A DNA stretch of 64,000 bases from Nitrospinales bacterium (GTDB lineage: Bacteria > Nitrospinota > Nitrospinia > Nitrospinales > VA-1), in assembly GCA_965262115.1 (NCBI GenBank), contig OZ253496.1:1728001-1792000 (forward strand), written 5' to 3'. The notes below the pieces were generated by a model. The model was not told where the DNA came from, ran no database searches, and saw only the letters and a list, made by a program, of their open reading frames with translations. Numbering within the stretch: the first letter of the stretch is position 1; each line of letters begins with the position of its first letter. Shown in pieces: positions 51,225 to 63,371 of this stretch. The position numbers and the translations under genes were made by a program.

Positions 51225-52982
51225 CTATCTATTCGATAAAAGATAGATCTTTTCCGTGAGGCTTGAAACACCCGCAGACTCTGCTTTTCCCCAAAGCTCT
51301 TTCAACCTCTCCCCGTCAATACGTCTTTTCAACCAGATGGTATCTTCCGCCACCACCTTTAAAGAGGCATCAGAAAAATTGCCCCAAAAATCTTTTTCCC
51401 GCATGACAATCAAAACCTTTTCATTCGCATTCATGAACTGCCGAATTTGTCCGGGCTGCGACAGGTTGAATGATTTTTGCCCTGTCAACACACCCAATCT
51501 CGCTCTTTGATTACCCAACCGGTATACCCCTATAGGATCGGAAATCTTTTCCGATAATATTTTTTCAGAAAATAGCTTCATCGGATAACGATTGACATGG
51601 GGAAGGACTTCCCCACTCAAAAAGGAAAATGCAAGAACAAGAGAAAAAGAAATGACAAAAACTTGTTTTCCATATTGCCGTTTCCTATCAAACCTGAACA
51701 CGCTAACACCTGCTACCAAAAACACAGCCGGCAAAAAGAAAAAGTGCGCAGGAGTGTTATGTATCAAATCAAGACCATACAGCGCCACGCCTGAAAATAT
51801 CGCAGTCACTAGAAGAACAACACCCGTTAAAATTGCTGGCACTTGATAAACCGACCCTCTCAATTCATTTTTTTCCATATCCACGAAAAACTTTGCGACC
51901 AATATTGCAATTGCAGAGGAGGCAGGCAGCATATAGCGGCTATGCTCTGTCCGGACAAGGGTGAATAGAACCAGGCATACCAGAACCCAGATATAACAAA
52001 ACAGAACCGGCTCATTCCCCCTGGCAAACAACGACTGGAAACGGGTCTTTATGTTATTGGGAGCCTGCCTGAAGTATTCCGACAATCCTAAGGCCGGGGA
52101 ATAACCGTAAATGCCAGATTGATGGAGAACCGCCGCGAGAAAAAATAATACCCAGGGCACGTAATAACGAAACAACACCCCGAAGTAATAAAAGCTGAAC
52201 GGGGTATCATGAACCAGCCTGTTTTTGATCTCGGCCCCGATAACATGGTTCTTAAATTCGTCGCCATGCAGAAGAAACATCGTCGTAAACCAAGGGACAA
52301 TCAACAGCGATAAAATCAAGAGGCCTGGTCCAATGTGCATTTTAGACAACCCTCGCCACCCTCTAGTTCCAAAAAGAAAAATCAGCACAACCACACCAGG
52401 GATGATGATTGCTGGAGGCCCCTTGGTCATGAACCCCAAAGCCATTGCCAGGTAAAACAAATAGGCATCCATTTTTTTCTTAAAGTCACTCTGGTATAAA
52501 CGTACAAAATAATAGAGCGCCAAGAGAACGAAAAAACTCATAACGATGTCTGTAGTGGCCCATCGAGAAATCTGAAAATGCAGATAAGTGGCTGGCAAAA
52601 TCAAAGCGCTGTACAAAGCAATTCTTCCTTCGAACAACCGGCTGACAAAAAGATAAAGCAGTCCAATTGTGAGGCTTCCGAAAAATACGGAAGTCAACCG
52701 GGCCGAAACCAGGCTCACGCCAAATACCTTATAAGAAGCGGACATCAACCAGTAATACAGGATGGGTTTGGCAAATCGTTTTCTATCATGGTAAATGGGA
52801 GTCAGATAATCCCCCGACTCAACCATGTTACGGGTGGACTCGACATAATAATTTTCATCACTATGATAAGGAGGGACTCCACCGAGCTTGTAAGTCAATG
52901 CAAAAAAACAAAAAATCAACCAGAAGAATACAAGTTGTTTTTCAGTTAGCTTGTTGAAGAGATCTTGAAGGAAGGTCAACAT
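51225..52982 (-). CDS. ArnT/GT39-like membrane glycosyltransferase
   Basis: DENYY...RNMVESGDYLTP, KPILYYW and MTKGP. Confidence 0.88.
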   Translation of the reverse strand: MLTFLQDLFNKLTEKQLVFFWLIFCFFALTYKLGGVPPYHSDENYYVESTRNMVESGDYLTPIYHDRKRFAKPILYYWLMSASYKVFGVSLVSARLTSVFFGSLTIGLLYLFVSRLFEGRIALYSALILPATYLHFQISRWATTDIVMSFFVLLALYYFVRLYQSDFKKKMDAYLFYLAMALGFMTKGPPAIIIPGVVVLIFLFGTRGWRGLSKMHIGPGLLILSLLIVPWFTTMFLLHGDEFKNHVIGAEIKNRLVHDTPFSFYYFGVLFRYYVPWVLFFLAAVLHQSGIYGYSPALGLSEYFRQAPNNIKTRFQSLFARGNEPVLFCYIWVLVCLVLFTLVRTEHSRYMLPASSAIAILVAKFFVDMEKNELRGSVYQVPAILTGVVLLVTAIFSGVALYGLDLIHNTPAHFFFLPAVFLVAGVSVFRFDRKRQYGKQVFVISFSLVLAFSFLSGEVLPHVNRYPMKLFSEKILSEKISDPIGVYRLGNQRARLGVLTGQKSFNLSQPGQIRQFMNANEKVLIVMREKDFWGNFSDASLKVVAEDTIWLKRRIDGERLKELWGKAESAGVSSLTEKIYLLSNR

Positions 52983-53270
52983 AAGTCAAAGCGGAGTGAA
53001 TGAAACAGGGTTTCTGGAAAAGATATTAAAAAACAAGGCTCGTCTTCACACATCATATTACTGGCAATTTCTCAATTTGAGTTTTAAGCTATTTTAAAAA
53101 TTTATTCAGAAAAAGCCTATTGTGCCAAGCCAAATCAGGAAAAATTATCTTTCCAAAGCATAACCATAATTAAATAGAAGAAATAAAGCAACCATGATAA
53201 TCTTCAAGGACAATTTTATTATTTTTTCCGCTCATAAAAAATTAACCTACTTGTGGAGTTCTGATTTACC

Positions 53271-54326
53271 TTGCTAAGTTTTCCCCGGGAAAAATTACCC
53301 AAAAACCCAAAATTCCTTATTATTAAACTACGCTCCATTGGAGACATGGTTTACAATACGGCGGTTTACACCCCTTTAAAAAAAAGTTTTCCTGATTGCC
53401 GTTTAACGGTACTGGTGGAGCCTTTTTCACTGGATGTGGTTCGCCATCATCCTGATGTGGATCAGGTTTTATGTTTTGAAAAAAAGTCCTGGGTGCACCA
53501 GCTTAAGTTTTATTATCGGCTTTTCGCAGACCGATATGATGTCGTGATTGATATGCATGAGGGAACGAGGGGGGCGGTCATGAGCTTTGTCACCCAAGCT
53601 CCCTACCGCGTTGGACACAAGCTTGCCAAACGATCTTTCTTGTACAACGTCAAGCTTGAATTTGGAGATCTGAGCCCTAAACATCCTATTGATTATCAAG
53701 TCGCCTTGATAAAGAAAATGGGTGTGGAGTTCGGAAAAATTTCTCCCTCCATTCATATTTCAGAATCAGCACAAATGAAGGCCGACCAATTATTGCAAGC
53801 AGCAGGGATTGACATTCACGAGCCATTTTGCATTTTGCACCCCGGAGCAAAGATTTATGACCGCTGGGAAGCCGAGAAATTCGCCCAACTCGCCGACACG
53901 ATTTATTCCCAGCACCGCATGAAAACTTTATGGACCTGCGGGCCGGGACAAAAACATATGGTCGATGAGATCACGCCCAAAATAAAAATTGCCCCCCATG
54001 CGTTCATCAGCACGGACCTCCAGGTACTTGGGGATATAACCCAAAAAGCGCGGTTTGTGGTGTGCCATGATGGAGGTTATATGCATTTTGCGGCCGCTCT
54101 TGGAACCCCGATGGTAGGTATGTTTGGATGGACGGACCCAAAGATTTGGCGCCCCTCCGGAAACAACGCAACCGTCGTTTCAAAAGAAATAGAGTGTCGA
54201 CCTTGCAACCGGCAAACAAGGAAGGAAATATGCTGGAATGGCAAACCCGAGTGTAAAAGCCGCATCACCGTGGAAGACATCCTTATAGCCATCTCCAAAG
54301 TCTACCCTGCGAATACTACGAGCTAG
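53271..54326 (+). CDS. GT9 LPS heptosyltransferase-like protein
   Basis: IIKLRSIGD, LHPGA and DGG.MH.AAALGTP. Confidence 0.88.
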   Translation: MLSFPREKLPKNPKFLIIKLRSIGDMVYNTAVYTPLKKSFPDCRLTVLVEPFSLDVVRHHPDVDQVLCFEKKSWVHQLKFYYRLFADRYDVVIDMHEGTRGAVMSFVTQAPYRVGHKLAKRSFLYNVKLEFGDLSPKHPIDYQVALIKKMGVEFGKISPSIHISESAQMKADQLLQAAGIDIHEPFCILHPGAKIYDRWEAEKFAQLADTIYSQHRMKTLWTCGPGQKHMVDEITPKIKIAPHAFISTDLQVLGDITQKARFVVCHDGGYMHFAAALGTPMVGMFGWTDPKIWRPSGNNATVVSKEIECRPCNRQTRKEICWNGKPECKSRITVEDILIAISKVYPANTTS

Positions 54327-55323
54327 ATTTTTCTGCCAGCACTTTTTCTACCTGCTCCCAAACCATGTCCACGGTTATACTTCGGAGATGGGACTCTTCC
54401 AGACAGGATTCTTCAACATTATTCTTTCCTTTTGAATCAATTTCCATGACCTGGCATAAATAATCGGGGATTTCATATGGACCGGAAACAGTGGGGGAAG
54501 TGGTTCCGAAAAGCGCCACAACTGGAGTTTTCGTGGCAAACCCGATATGCATCGGGCCCGTGTCGGCAGTTACAATAAGCCCGGCCTTAGAGATAACGCT
54601 GGCACTTACCTTAAGAGGATGGCTACAGTCTTCCGCTATCCGCCGACTATTGAGTTGGCTCAAAATAGTGACGGCTCGTTTTTTATCATCCGGCCCTCCA
54701 CCACCCAAAATTATATTCCAGGATGTGGTGCTGAGGATTCGACTTGCAAGTTCACTGAAGCGCTCTACCATCCATCGCTTTCTTTCAACCGAGGCACCCA
54801 AATTAAGATAAACATATTTTCCGGGACTGAAACCATGAGTCCGCAAAATTTTCTGCAACTCATCCAGAGTATCCTGATCAAAAAATATTTCCATCTGCCC
54901 GCCATCCGGTTTTACGCCAAACTGTTCCAGCATGATCAGCCTTCTCTGAATTTCATGAATAGTGTCATCAGTTTTCACGTGATGTGATTCGGGCACCCAA
55001 TCAAAATTTTGGAGACACCAAATCGGCAATGAACGAAACCAAGGCAGCATCCGTCTAAAATTGCGGTTGGAATGAAAAATAAAAATAGCGTCATAATGCC
55101 TTCCAAGCAATTTCACTCCTAAAAAAGGTTGGAGGTACCATTGGTTTTGGTATTCAAAAATTTGGTTTAGATGCGGATTAAACTCGAATAAAGGCTTCCA
55201 AGGCCGATTCACAACCAAATCAATTGCCATTTTTGGAAATGTCTTCTTCAAGGCCCGGATACCCGGAGTTCCCCAAAGACAGTCCCCCATTCCGGTAGAG
55301 CTAACTATAAGTACTCTTTTCAT
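54316..55323 (-). CDS. GT9 LPS heptosyltransferase-like protein
   Basis: GMGD and DTGPMH....KTPVVALFG. Confidence 0.88.
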   Translation of the reverse strand: MKRVLIVSSTGMGDCLWGTPGIRALKKTFPKMAIDLVVNRPWKPLFEFNPHLNQIFEYQNQWYLQPFLGVKLLGRHYDAIFIFHSNRNFRRMLPWFRSLPIWCLQNFDWVPESHHVKTDDTIHEIQRRLIMLEQFGVKPDGGQMEIFFDQDTLDELQKILRTHGFSPGKYVYLNLGASVERKRWMVERFSELASRILSTTSWNIILGGGGPDDKKRAVTILSQLNSRRIAEDCSHPLKVSASVISKAGLIVTADTGPMHIGFATKTPVVALFGTTSPTVSGPYEIPDYLCQVMEIDSKGKNNVEESCLEESHLRSITVDMVWEQVEKVLAEKSSS

Positions 55324-55494
55324 AACTTTATAAAATCAAAAACTAAATTGGGCTTTGGATTCCTGAAACGAAAAAACATCTAAATCTCTAGAGGATGCAG
55401 AAAAACGCACGCCATCGACATGCATAGCCCGTTATGCTAAATTATAGTATAGCCCTATATCAGCAAATAACTATTCTACCTTTGAGTTCCTTTA

Positions 55495-56617
55495 TTGAAA
55501 ACCCTCCACATCTTACATTCCGAAGCGGCTCCCGGTTGGGGTGGGCAGGAAATCAGGATATTTCAAGAATGCCGGTTATTGTTAGAACGTGGGCACCGTG
55601 TTTCCATTGTTTGCCAGCCTGATAGTCCGCTTGGGGACAGGTGTAGCCGGTTCAGTCATCCTAGCCTGAACTATTTTCCCTTGCCCATGAAACGGGCCTT
55701 CAGTTTATCGGCTCTGTTTTCCCTGATACGCATTATCAAAAGTTCCCGGCCGGACATTCTTCACTCCCATAGCTCCATCGACAGTTGGTTGATCGCTATG
55801 GCGGGAACATTTTTGGGCATTCCCATTATTAGAAGCCGACATGTCATGATTCCAATACGAAATCATATTTTTAGCCGGTGGCTTTATGCAAAAGCCCCTA
55901 GCCGAGTCATTGCCAGCGGTAGGGGCATTGTAAAAATGGTCGCTGAACATACAGGGGTCTCCACTGATAAAATAATTTCTATCCCCGCAGGCGTTGATTT
56001 TCGAAGGTTTGACTTTCAAATTAGTGGAGGAAAAATAAGACAGGAACTTGGGGTAGCTCCCCATCAACCCTTGATCGGAAAAGTTGCTGTGATTCGCAAC
56101 TGGAAGGGTTATGAATATTTCGTGGACTCCGTCCCTTTGGTTTTGGAAAAATTCCTCGATGCTCGATTTGCCATCATCAGTGACGGGCCCGGATACGAAT
56201 CCATCCGTGCAAAAGTCAAAAACCAAGGCCTTGAAAAAACCATTTTCATGCTTGGTCACCGCGAAGACATTCCTGAAATCATGGCAGCACTGGATATCCA
56301 TTGCGTGGCTTCCTTCGCTGTAGAAGGAACGACTCAGGTCCATCCCCCAGGCCTTTGCCATGAAGACCCCCGTTGTCTCAACTCGCATGGACTCCATTCC
56401 GCCTATCCTTGGAAATGGCGAATGGGGCATTTTGGTCGAACCGAAAAACCCAAAGGACATGGCCAATGGAATCATAAAACTTTTAAATGAGCCTGAATTA
56501 GCCCGGGCTATGGCTGAAACAGCTTACACTTTCTGCAAAAATGAATTGAGCATTGACAAAATGATGGACCAAACTATAGCCGTTTATCGTGAAGTCCTGA
56601 ACGATTTACATCCTTAA
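55495..56617 (+). pseudogene. GT4 glycosyltransferase with +1 frameshift near 56340
   Basis: EGTTQV continues as IPQAFAMKTPVV only after removing one C (caggtc-c-atcccc). Confidence 0.8.
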
Positions 56618-56638
56618 TTTTTACAGTTTGCCTACACA

Positions 56639-57778
56639 ATGAAAATAGCCATCATCCGGCAAAAATTTGTTCTTTATGGAGGTGCCGAGCAGTTTGTGCA
56701 AGGCTATATTCAGAAGCTCGCCGAAGACGGACATGACATTCATATTTTTGCCAACCAATGGTCCCCTTCCAATCATCCCCATATACATTTTCATCATGTT
56801 CCGTCCTTTAAACTCAATTCTTTTTCAAGAACCCTGTCATTTGCCTGGTTTTCAGCCAGAGCTGTCGGAAAAGAACCCTTTGACATTATTCAGAGTCATG
56901 AAAAAACCTGGAAGCAGGATGTATACCGGGTTGGCGATGGATGCCACAGGGAATGGCTGGAGAAAAGAAAACAATTCCTCCCAAACCTGAAAGGATTTTT
57001 TCTTTCTTTTAATCCTTTTCACCAGTTGATTCTCAAGCTGGAAAAAAATCTGTTCAAGTCTGGGCGGTGTAGAAAATTCATCGCTATTTCCCAAATGGTC
57101 AAAAACGACATCCTCAAACATTATCACTGCCCGGAGGAAAATATTTCAGTGGTCTATAACGGTGTTGATCTGACACGTTTTCACCCTGAGAATAAAAACA
57201 GGCACAGGCAAAACATCAGAAAGGAGCTGGGAATTCCAGAAAGTTCCGTTCTTATTTTATTCGTGGGATCTGGATTTGAAAGAAAAGGACTAAAATCACT
57301 TCTTCAGGCAACTCAATATTTTCGCTCTGGAGATTGGAGGCTGGTAATAATGGGAAAAGGTAAATGGAACAAATATCTTCCGTTTGCCCCCGAAAACCTT
57401 AGGAGTCAAATTGTTTATAAGGAACCGGTTCCGGAAATTGAAAAATATTATTCTGCGGCAGACGTATTCGCCCTACCTTCCATTTATGAACCATTTGGAA
57501 ACGCCAATCTGGAAGCTTTAGCATCAGGGCTTCCTGTCATCACCACCCGCCATTGCGGCGTGGCCGATATCATCCAACATAAACTAAATGGCTTGATTGT
57601 GGAAAACCCCGAATCCGCTGAAGAAATTGCCGATAATATCAACATCCTCTTTGATCCGACCTTACGCCATTCCATAAGCCAAAATGGTCGAGTCTTGGCC
57701 GAACAGTTTTCCGTGGAGAAAAATACCCGCGAAATGTTGAAAGTTTATCAGGAGATCATTGCCACTCCAGGCAAATAA
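56639..57778 (+). CDS. GT4 glycosyltransferase (WaaG/WabG-like)
   Basis: GGAE, FVGSGFERKG and YEPFGNANLEALASGLPV. Confidence 0.9.
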   Translation: MKIAIIRQKFVLYGGAEQFVQGYIQKLAEDGHDIHIFANQWSPSNHPHIHFHHVPSFKLNSFSRTLSFAWFSARAVGKEPFDIIQSHEKTWKQDVYRVGDGCHREWLEKRKQFLPNLKGFFLSFNPFHQLILKLEKNLFKSGRCRKFIAISQMVKNDILKHYHCPEENISVVYNGVDLTRFHPENKNRHRQNIRKELGIPESSVLILFVGSGFERKGLKSLLQATQYFRSGDWRLVIMGKGKWNKYLPFAPENLRSQIVYKEPVPEIEKYYSAADVFALPSIYEPFGNANLEALASGLPVITTRHCGVADIIQHKLNGLIVENPESAEEIADNINILFDPTLRHSISQNGRVLAEQFSVEKNTREMLKVYQEIIATPGK

Positions 57779-57862
57779 ACCTCTTATTGTATAAAAACTT
57801 TCTAAGCCACCGGATTGTAATTATCCTGATGAGGTGCATGCTACGGTGGAGTTGGTTTGATA

Positions 57863-58798
57863 TCAATTTCCATTTATTATTTTATTGATAGTCCGCAAAG
57901 ATTGCGTGTGCCCATACTTCGTGTAGTGATGGTATCGGGGTTCAACGTAAATTTGATTAATATCAATTGGCACGTCGGAGAAAAAGTCCGAATAGGTAGC
58001 ATCAATAAAAAAAGCATTCACACCAGTATGCGAATTACAACATACGAGCTTGTATCCAAAATCATTAAATAAATTACTGAAGCTAGCCAATGAAGCCCCA
58101 TAATAATCATCACTTTTCCAAGTATGGTTCGGGTCATAATCAATTTGGAACTTTATGGGAGGTGGGAACTTGGCATTATATTCAACAATAAAAAGCTTGG
58201 GCTTAAATCCATTCGCCAGCAACTTTTCTACAAAATAAATATCGTTTCCATCAAGATCAAGTGAAATAACATCTAATTTCTCTGAATCAATTTCTGCGCA
58301 ACCTTTTTCCGTTAAATCTGAAATGTTTTCCAACGTAATCCATTCTCTTAAGTACGCAAACTTTTTGTGATTATCGCCGTTAATATCAAGCTTCAATTTT
58401 TCACCCCCCACCCAAAAACCTTTCCATCCCAGCGCTGCAAGTATCAATGTGTTATTTTCTGTCCCGTCACCAACACCAAATTCAGCATAAACACCGTCGT
58501 CAATCTGTTCAATTCTCCTCAATATTTCTAATGTAATTCCATCTTCATCGGCTTGAAAAAAACATTTCTTGCCAAATCTATTTAGAGGATTAGGATGGTT
58601 AGACTGAAGTGTTTTGGTTTGGTCAAAGAGAACCAAATTTTTAAGCTCTGCGAGCTGATTTCTAACCGGTTTATTTGTAAGGTTATGAAAAAAACATCTT
58701 ACATTTTTTACTACTGAATGTAATAACGGAACACACTTGTAAAGTTGCCTTATTGAGGACAAGGAACGGAAGGAGGAAGGAGTAAATTTGCGAGACAT
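57863..58798 (-). CDS. Hypothetical protein, methyltransferase-like
   Basis: QADEDGI, EFGVGDG.ENNT, SLDLDGND, VEYNA and GASL. Confidence 0.65.
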   Translation of the reverse strand: MSRKFTPSSFRSLSSIRQLYKCVPLLHSVVKNVRCFFHNLTNKPVRNQLAELKNLVLFDQTKTLQSNHPNPLNRFGKKCFFQADEDGITLEILRRIEQIDDGVYAEFGVGDGTENNTLILAALGWKGFWVGGEKLKLDINGDNHKKFAYLREWITLENISDLTEKGCAEIDSEKLDVISLDLDGNDIYFVEKLLANGFKPKLFIVEYNAKFPPPIKFQIDYDPNHTWKSDDYYGASLASFSNLFNDFGYKLVCCNSHTGVNAFFIDATYSDFFSDVPIDINQIYVEPRYHHYTKYGHTQSLRTINKIINGN

Positions 58799-59037
58799 CG
58801 TTGTTCTCTTTTACGCTTGTGAATAATTTGTGCAGTTCTATTTTACGCAGCAACCTATGAAAAGGGGTTAGAAGTAGGGAATACGTACCATCTGACAAAT
58901 CCGCAACAAGAGTTTGTTTTTGCCAAGGCCCGTTGACCTTATAGTCCTTCAACAACCATTTTTCAAGTTCAAAAACTTAAACTAATCAAACCGAAACACT
59001 CTATGCAAACATCTAACTTTCTTAGCAATCCTCTAAT

Positions 59038-60186
59038 TTAACTACATTTTGAGGCTGCCAGAATTTTATTGAACAAGTTGGCATAAGTTTTCGCTACTTT
59101 TTCCCAAGTGAAGCCTTTAAGAACACGATTTCTTCCGTTTTTACCATATTCAGTTCTTTTATTTTTGTTTTGCAATAAATCTATTATAGCTAGGGCTATT
59201 TCGTCTAAATCGTTCGGGTTGACCAGAATTCCCATCTTATCACGTTCAACCGCATCAGGGATACCACCACTGTCTCCACCCACGACAGCCTTTCCGGCAT
59301 AGCCTGCCTCAAGAAAAGCAATGCCAAATCCCTCCACGCTATTTTCGTATTGACGGCTTATCATCGCAAAAACATCACATTCATGATAACAAGCCGCAAC
59401 ATTTTCATTAGAAATCGCCCCGGCAAATGTGACCTTTTCCCTAAGGTTCAATTGGTGAAAAGCCAGGTTTTCCAGGTATTCCTTATCTGGACCGTCGCCG
59501 ACCATGAGGTAGTGAGCGTTTGGAATCGCCTTCAGTATCTTGGGCAATGATTTTAACAAGTGATCCTGCCCTTTATGCTTAGTCAATCTGGCCACTGTTA
59601 AGATGATAAGCTTCCCATCAAGATTATATTTTGCGCGGACATCGACATTGTTTTTTATTATTGGCGTTGTCCCGTGATTGATGACGGTGAGTAATGATGG
59701 GTTAACACCTAACCCCTTAAAGTGGTTTGCCGCGTATGTACTTCCCGGGACAAGCGCGGAAGCATGGTTCATCTTTTTAACAATGCTTTTTCTTTTCCTG
59801 GATTGAACCTCATGGCCATGTAATGCGACAACATAGGGCCTGCATAGAATTTTATTAATGTGATATGCAATGGTTAAATAGTTACCCCTTTGCACGATAA
59901 AAATAAGGTCTGCCCTGAGCATTTCGAATAGACATTTTTGATAAAGGTCAATTTTCGAAGAATACCTTAAGATATTATAGGGCCTTTCTATATCAAAACT
60001 TTTATGAGCAGGGGACGCAGGGGCAAGCACTGTAATGTTAAAATTCAATTTCGCCAGAGGCAGGGCAAGTTGGGATGAGTATGTGGCTAAACCACCTAAC
60101 TGAGGGGGGTACGAATTAGCACAAATTAATATTCTAGGCATCGTGGTGGACCAATCTTTTTTTAATTTAACAACTTTTTGCGCCAC
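59038..60186 (-). CDS. GT4 glycosyltransferase
   Basis: TVARL..HKG and EGFGIAFLEA...GGIPDAV. Confidence 0.88.
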   Translation of the reverse strand: MAQKVVKLKKDWSTTMPRILICANSYPPQLGGLATYSSQLALPLAKLNFNITVLAPASPAHKSFDIERPYNILRYSSKIDLYQKCLFEMLRADLIFIVQRGNYLTIAYHINKILCRPYVVALHGHEVQSRKRKSIVKKMNHASALVPGSTYAANHFKGLGVNPSLLTVINHGTTPIIKNNVDVRAKYNLDGKLIILTVARLTKHKGQDHLLKSLPKILKAIPNAHYLMVGDGPDKEYLENLAFHQLNLREKVTFAGAISNENVAACYHECDVFAMISRQYENSVEGFGIAFLEAGYAGKAVVGGDSGGIPDAVERDKMGILVNPNDLDEIALAIIDLLQNKNKRTEYGKNGRNRVLKGFTWEKVAKTYANLFNKILAASKCS

Positions 60187-60317
60187 TCTAACGATATTCT
60201 TTTAAGGATTCAAGTTCTCCGCAGATATTGTCTTGATCTCCCCTAGAAAACTGAACATAGTGATCCATATTTTATGTTAGAATTTGGGTCAAAAACTTGA
60301 TGTTCATGGAGGATAAA

Positions 60318-61389
<1,072 letters not shown>

Positions 61390-61391
61390 AT

Positions 61392-62255
61392 ATGCGAATT
61401 TTGGTTACGGGGCTCAATGGATTTACCGGATGTCACCTCCAACCCGAATTGGCAGCTCAAGGGCACGTCGTCAAGGGATTAAACGCCGATTTGACTAATC
61501 CGGTAGCTGTCTCAACCGAGATTTCGCAATTCAAACCAGAAGCCGTAGTTCATCTTGCTGCTATCTCTTATATTGACCACGGTAATGCCCGTGCATTTTA
61601 TGAGGTCAACCTGATAGGTGCACGAAACCTGCTGGAAGGTTTAGACCAACACGCGCCCGATGTGCGCAGTATTTTATTGGTGAGCAGTGCCAACATATAT
61701 GGTAATCATACAGAGGATATTTTAAGCGAAGAAACCACACCAGATCCAGCCAATGATTATGCCGTGAGCAAATTGGCCATGGAGCAAATGGCCCAGTTGT
61801 GGGTTGAGCGACTACCACTGTTCATTGTTCGGCCCTTCAACTATACCGGTATCGGGCAGAAAAAACAGTTTTTGATCCCCAAGATTGTTGCTCACTTTCG
61901 GGAAAACAGACCGCTTATCGAGCTCGGCAATCTCGATGTTTGGAGGGAGTTTGGGGATGTACGTTCCGTGGTTAATATTTACAGAAAACTATTAGAGCAT
62001 TGCCCTGCAGGTGACACCCTGAATGTATGCACTGGCCAAACCTACTCATTGCATGAGATAATTGCATTGTGTGAAAAAATTACCGGGCATAGCATCGAAA
62101 TCCAGGTAAACCCTGAATTTGTCCGCGCTAATGAAGTGCGTGAATTAAGAGGTTCCAGCAGTCGCCTCAACAGGCTAATCGGAGAAAGAAAGTCATTCCA
62201 TATTGAGGAGACGCTGACATGGATGCTGAATGACGAAAAATTCAACTCGGCTTAA
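61392..62255 (+). CDS. GDP-4-keto-6-deoxy-mannose reductase-like NAD-dependent epimerase/dehydratase
   Basis: TGLNGFTG, YAVSK and RPFNYTG; follows gmd. Confidence 0.85.
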   Translation: MRILVTGLNGFTGCHLQPELAAQGHVVKGLNADLTNPVAVSTEISQFKPEAVVHLAAISYIDHGNARAFYEVNLIGARNLLEGLDQHAPDVRSILLVSSANIYGNHTEDILSEETTPDPANDYAVSKLAMEQMAQLWVERLPLFIVRPFNYTGIGQKKQFLIPKIVAHFRENRPLIELGNLDVWREFGDVRSVVNIYRKLLEHCPAGDTLNVCTGQTYSLHEIIALCEKITGHSIEIQVNPEFVRANEVRELRGSSSRLNRLIGERKSFHIEETLTWMLNDEKFNSA

Positions 62256-62318
62256 TGTTGAAAACTTACCAGGAGATCATTTACCACTCAAGGCAAATAA
62301 ACCTGCATAAAAAGCTTT

Positions 62319-62534
62319 CTAAGCCGCCGAATTGTAGTTATTCCGGGGAACAACATATTCCATATCCAGCTTCTTCTTCACCCAAGTTGGAACCTGCTGG
62401 CGACTGCTTGGGTTCAGGGTTTTGTTCTCTTCAGCAGTTTGAAACATATTCCAATGCGTTCTGCTGAGTTCTTCAGCCGAAATAATCCTTTTAATTTTTC
62501 CTTGAGCATTGAAAATCTTCACCTCGTAAAACAT
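62319..62534 (-). CDS. Small hypothetical protein
   Basis: GGGAG ribosome-binding site and an upstream sigma54-like promoter. Confidence 0.65.
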   Translation of the reverse strand: MFYEVKIFNAQGKIKRIISAEELSRTHWNMFQTAEENKTLNPSSRQQVPTWVKKKLDMEYVVPRNNYNSAA

Positions 62535-62577
62535 AGCTTTTCTCCCAAAAGGTCAATATTCGCATCTACCTTCTAAC

Positions 62578-62594
62578 TGCAAGGCCTCTGCCAA
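62578..62594 (-). promoter_or_regulatory. Sigma54 -24/-12 promoter
   Basis: Minus strand TTGGCAGAGGCCTTGCA (GG-N10-GC). Confidence 0.65.
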
Positions 62595-62827
62595 AATCTT
62601 CCGGCCCGGGAAAAAAGAGTTTAACTGACTAAATAACAATGATTTTAATAAGTCGCCCTAAAAGGGGGAGACGTTGCAAATGCCAAATTAAGTTGGCACC
62701 CAAAACATACTCGTAAAAATACCAATACAATACTTGTAGTTAGCAGACTGGCAAAATTAATCAGGGTATTGTGGGTAACCATAAAACAGAAACTTAAGAA
62801 GGTCCCTCGCCTACTAGGCGTGGTGCT

Positions 62828-62956
62828 GTGATATCCCCTTAATAATTTTCATGCCCCGGAAGGGGGACAATGAGAACGTGATATTCTTCATTTGCTGTGA
62901 TGACCTCTTCATTACTATTCATGCCCGGCACGGATACTTGGTGCCCCGGAGGGGTA
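62828..62956 (+). repeat. Cluster of three GTGAT-hairpin mini-elements (one single, two nested)
   Basis: 62828-67 single; 62878-956 outer copy containing inner 62896-936. Confidence 0.82.
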
Positions 62957-63031
62957 ATAAATCGTCAAACCAAGAACGCGTTTGCTCGCCAACAAAAAAT
63001 ATGCAAGACACTTGCGGAGGCTCTCCGCTCA

Positions 63032-63265
63032 CTACTTGGTTTTGGAATGCGTGCCGTCACAGAAAGGAGAATTCCCTGTGCGCCCACAGTCACAAACCAC
63101 ATATCGCCGGGCTTCCTCTATGGTAAATTCTTTGGGGGACTTACCGGTATTTTTAGAGCTATGTGAACCATCACAATAAGGTTTCGTGGCAGGTTCCCCG
63201 CAGGTGCAGAAAAACTTTTTGCCTTGGGTCTCATCTGTAAAAATAGGACTGTTTTCGTAAGCCAT
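63032..63265 (-). CDS. CDGSH iron-sulfur domain protein (two motifs)
   Basis: CTCG....KPYCDGSH and CDCG..GNSPFCDGTH. Confidence 0.92.
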   Translation of the reverse strand: MAYENSPIFTDETQGKKFFCTCGEPATKPYCDGSHSSKNTGKSPKEFTIEEARRYVVCDCGRTGNSPFCDGTHSKTK

Positions 63266-63371
63266 GAATAATCCTTTTATTTAAGTTTTTAAAAAGGGAA
63301 CGGTTGTAAAATTTTTTAAAGTTGTCAATGGGTTTTCATTTTACAAGCTCTTTAAACAGCAAAGGGGTCCT

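Noticed and set aside
62828..62956. Clustered hairpin repeats as a CRISPR or TIGR array
   Set aside because: Units are dispersed or nested, not regularly spaced with unique spacers; no cas or tas gene is present
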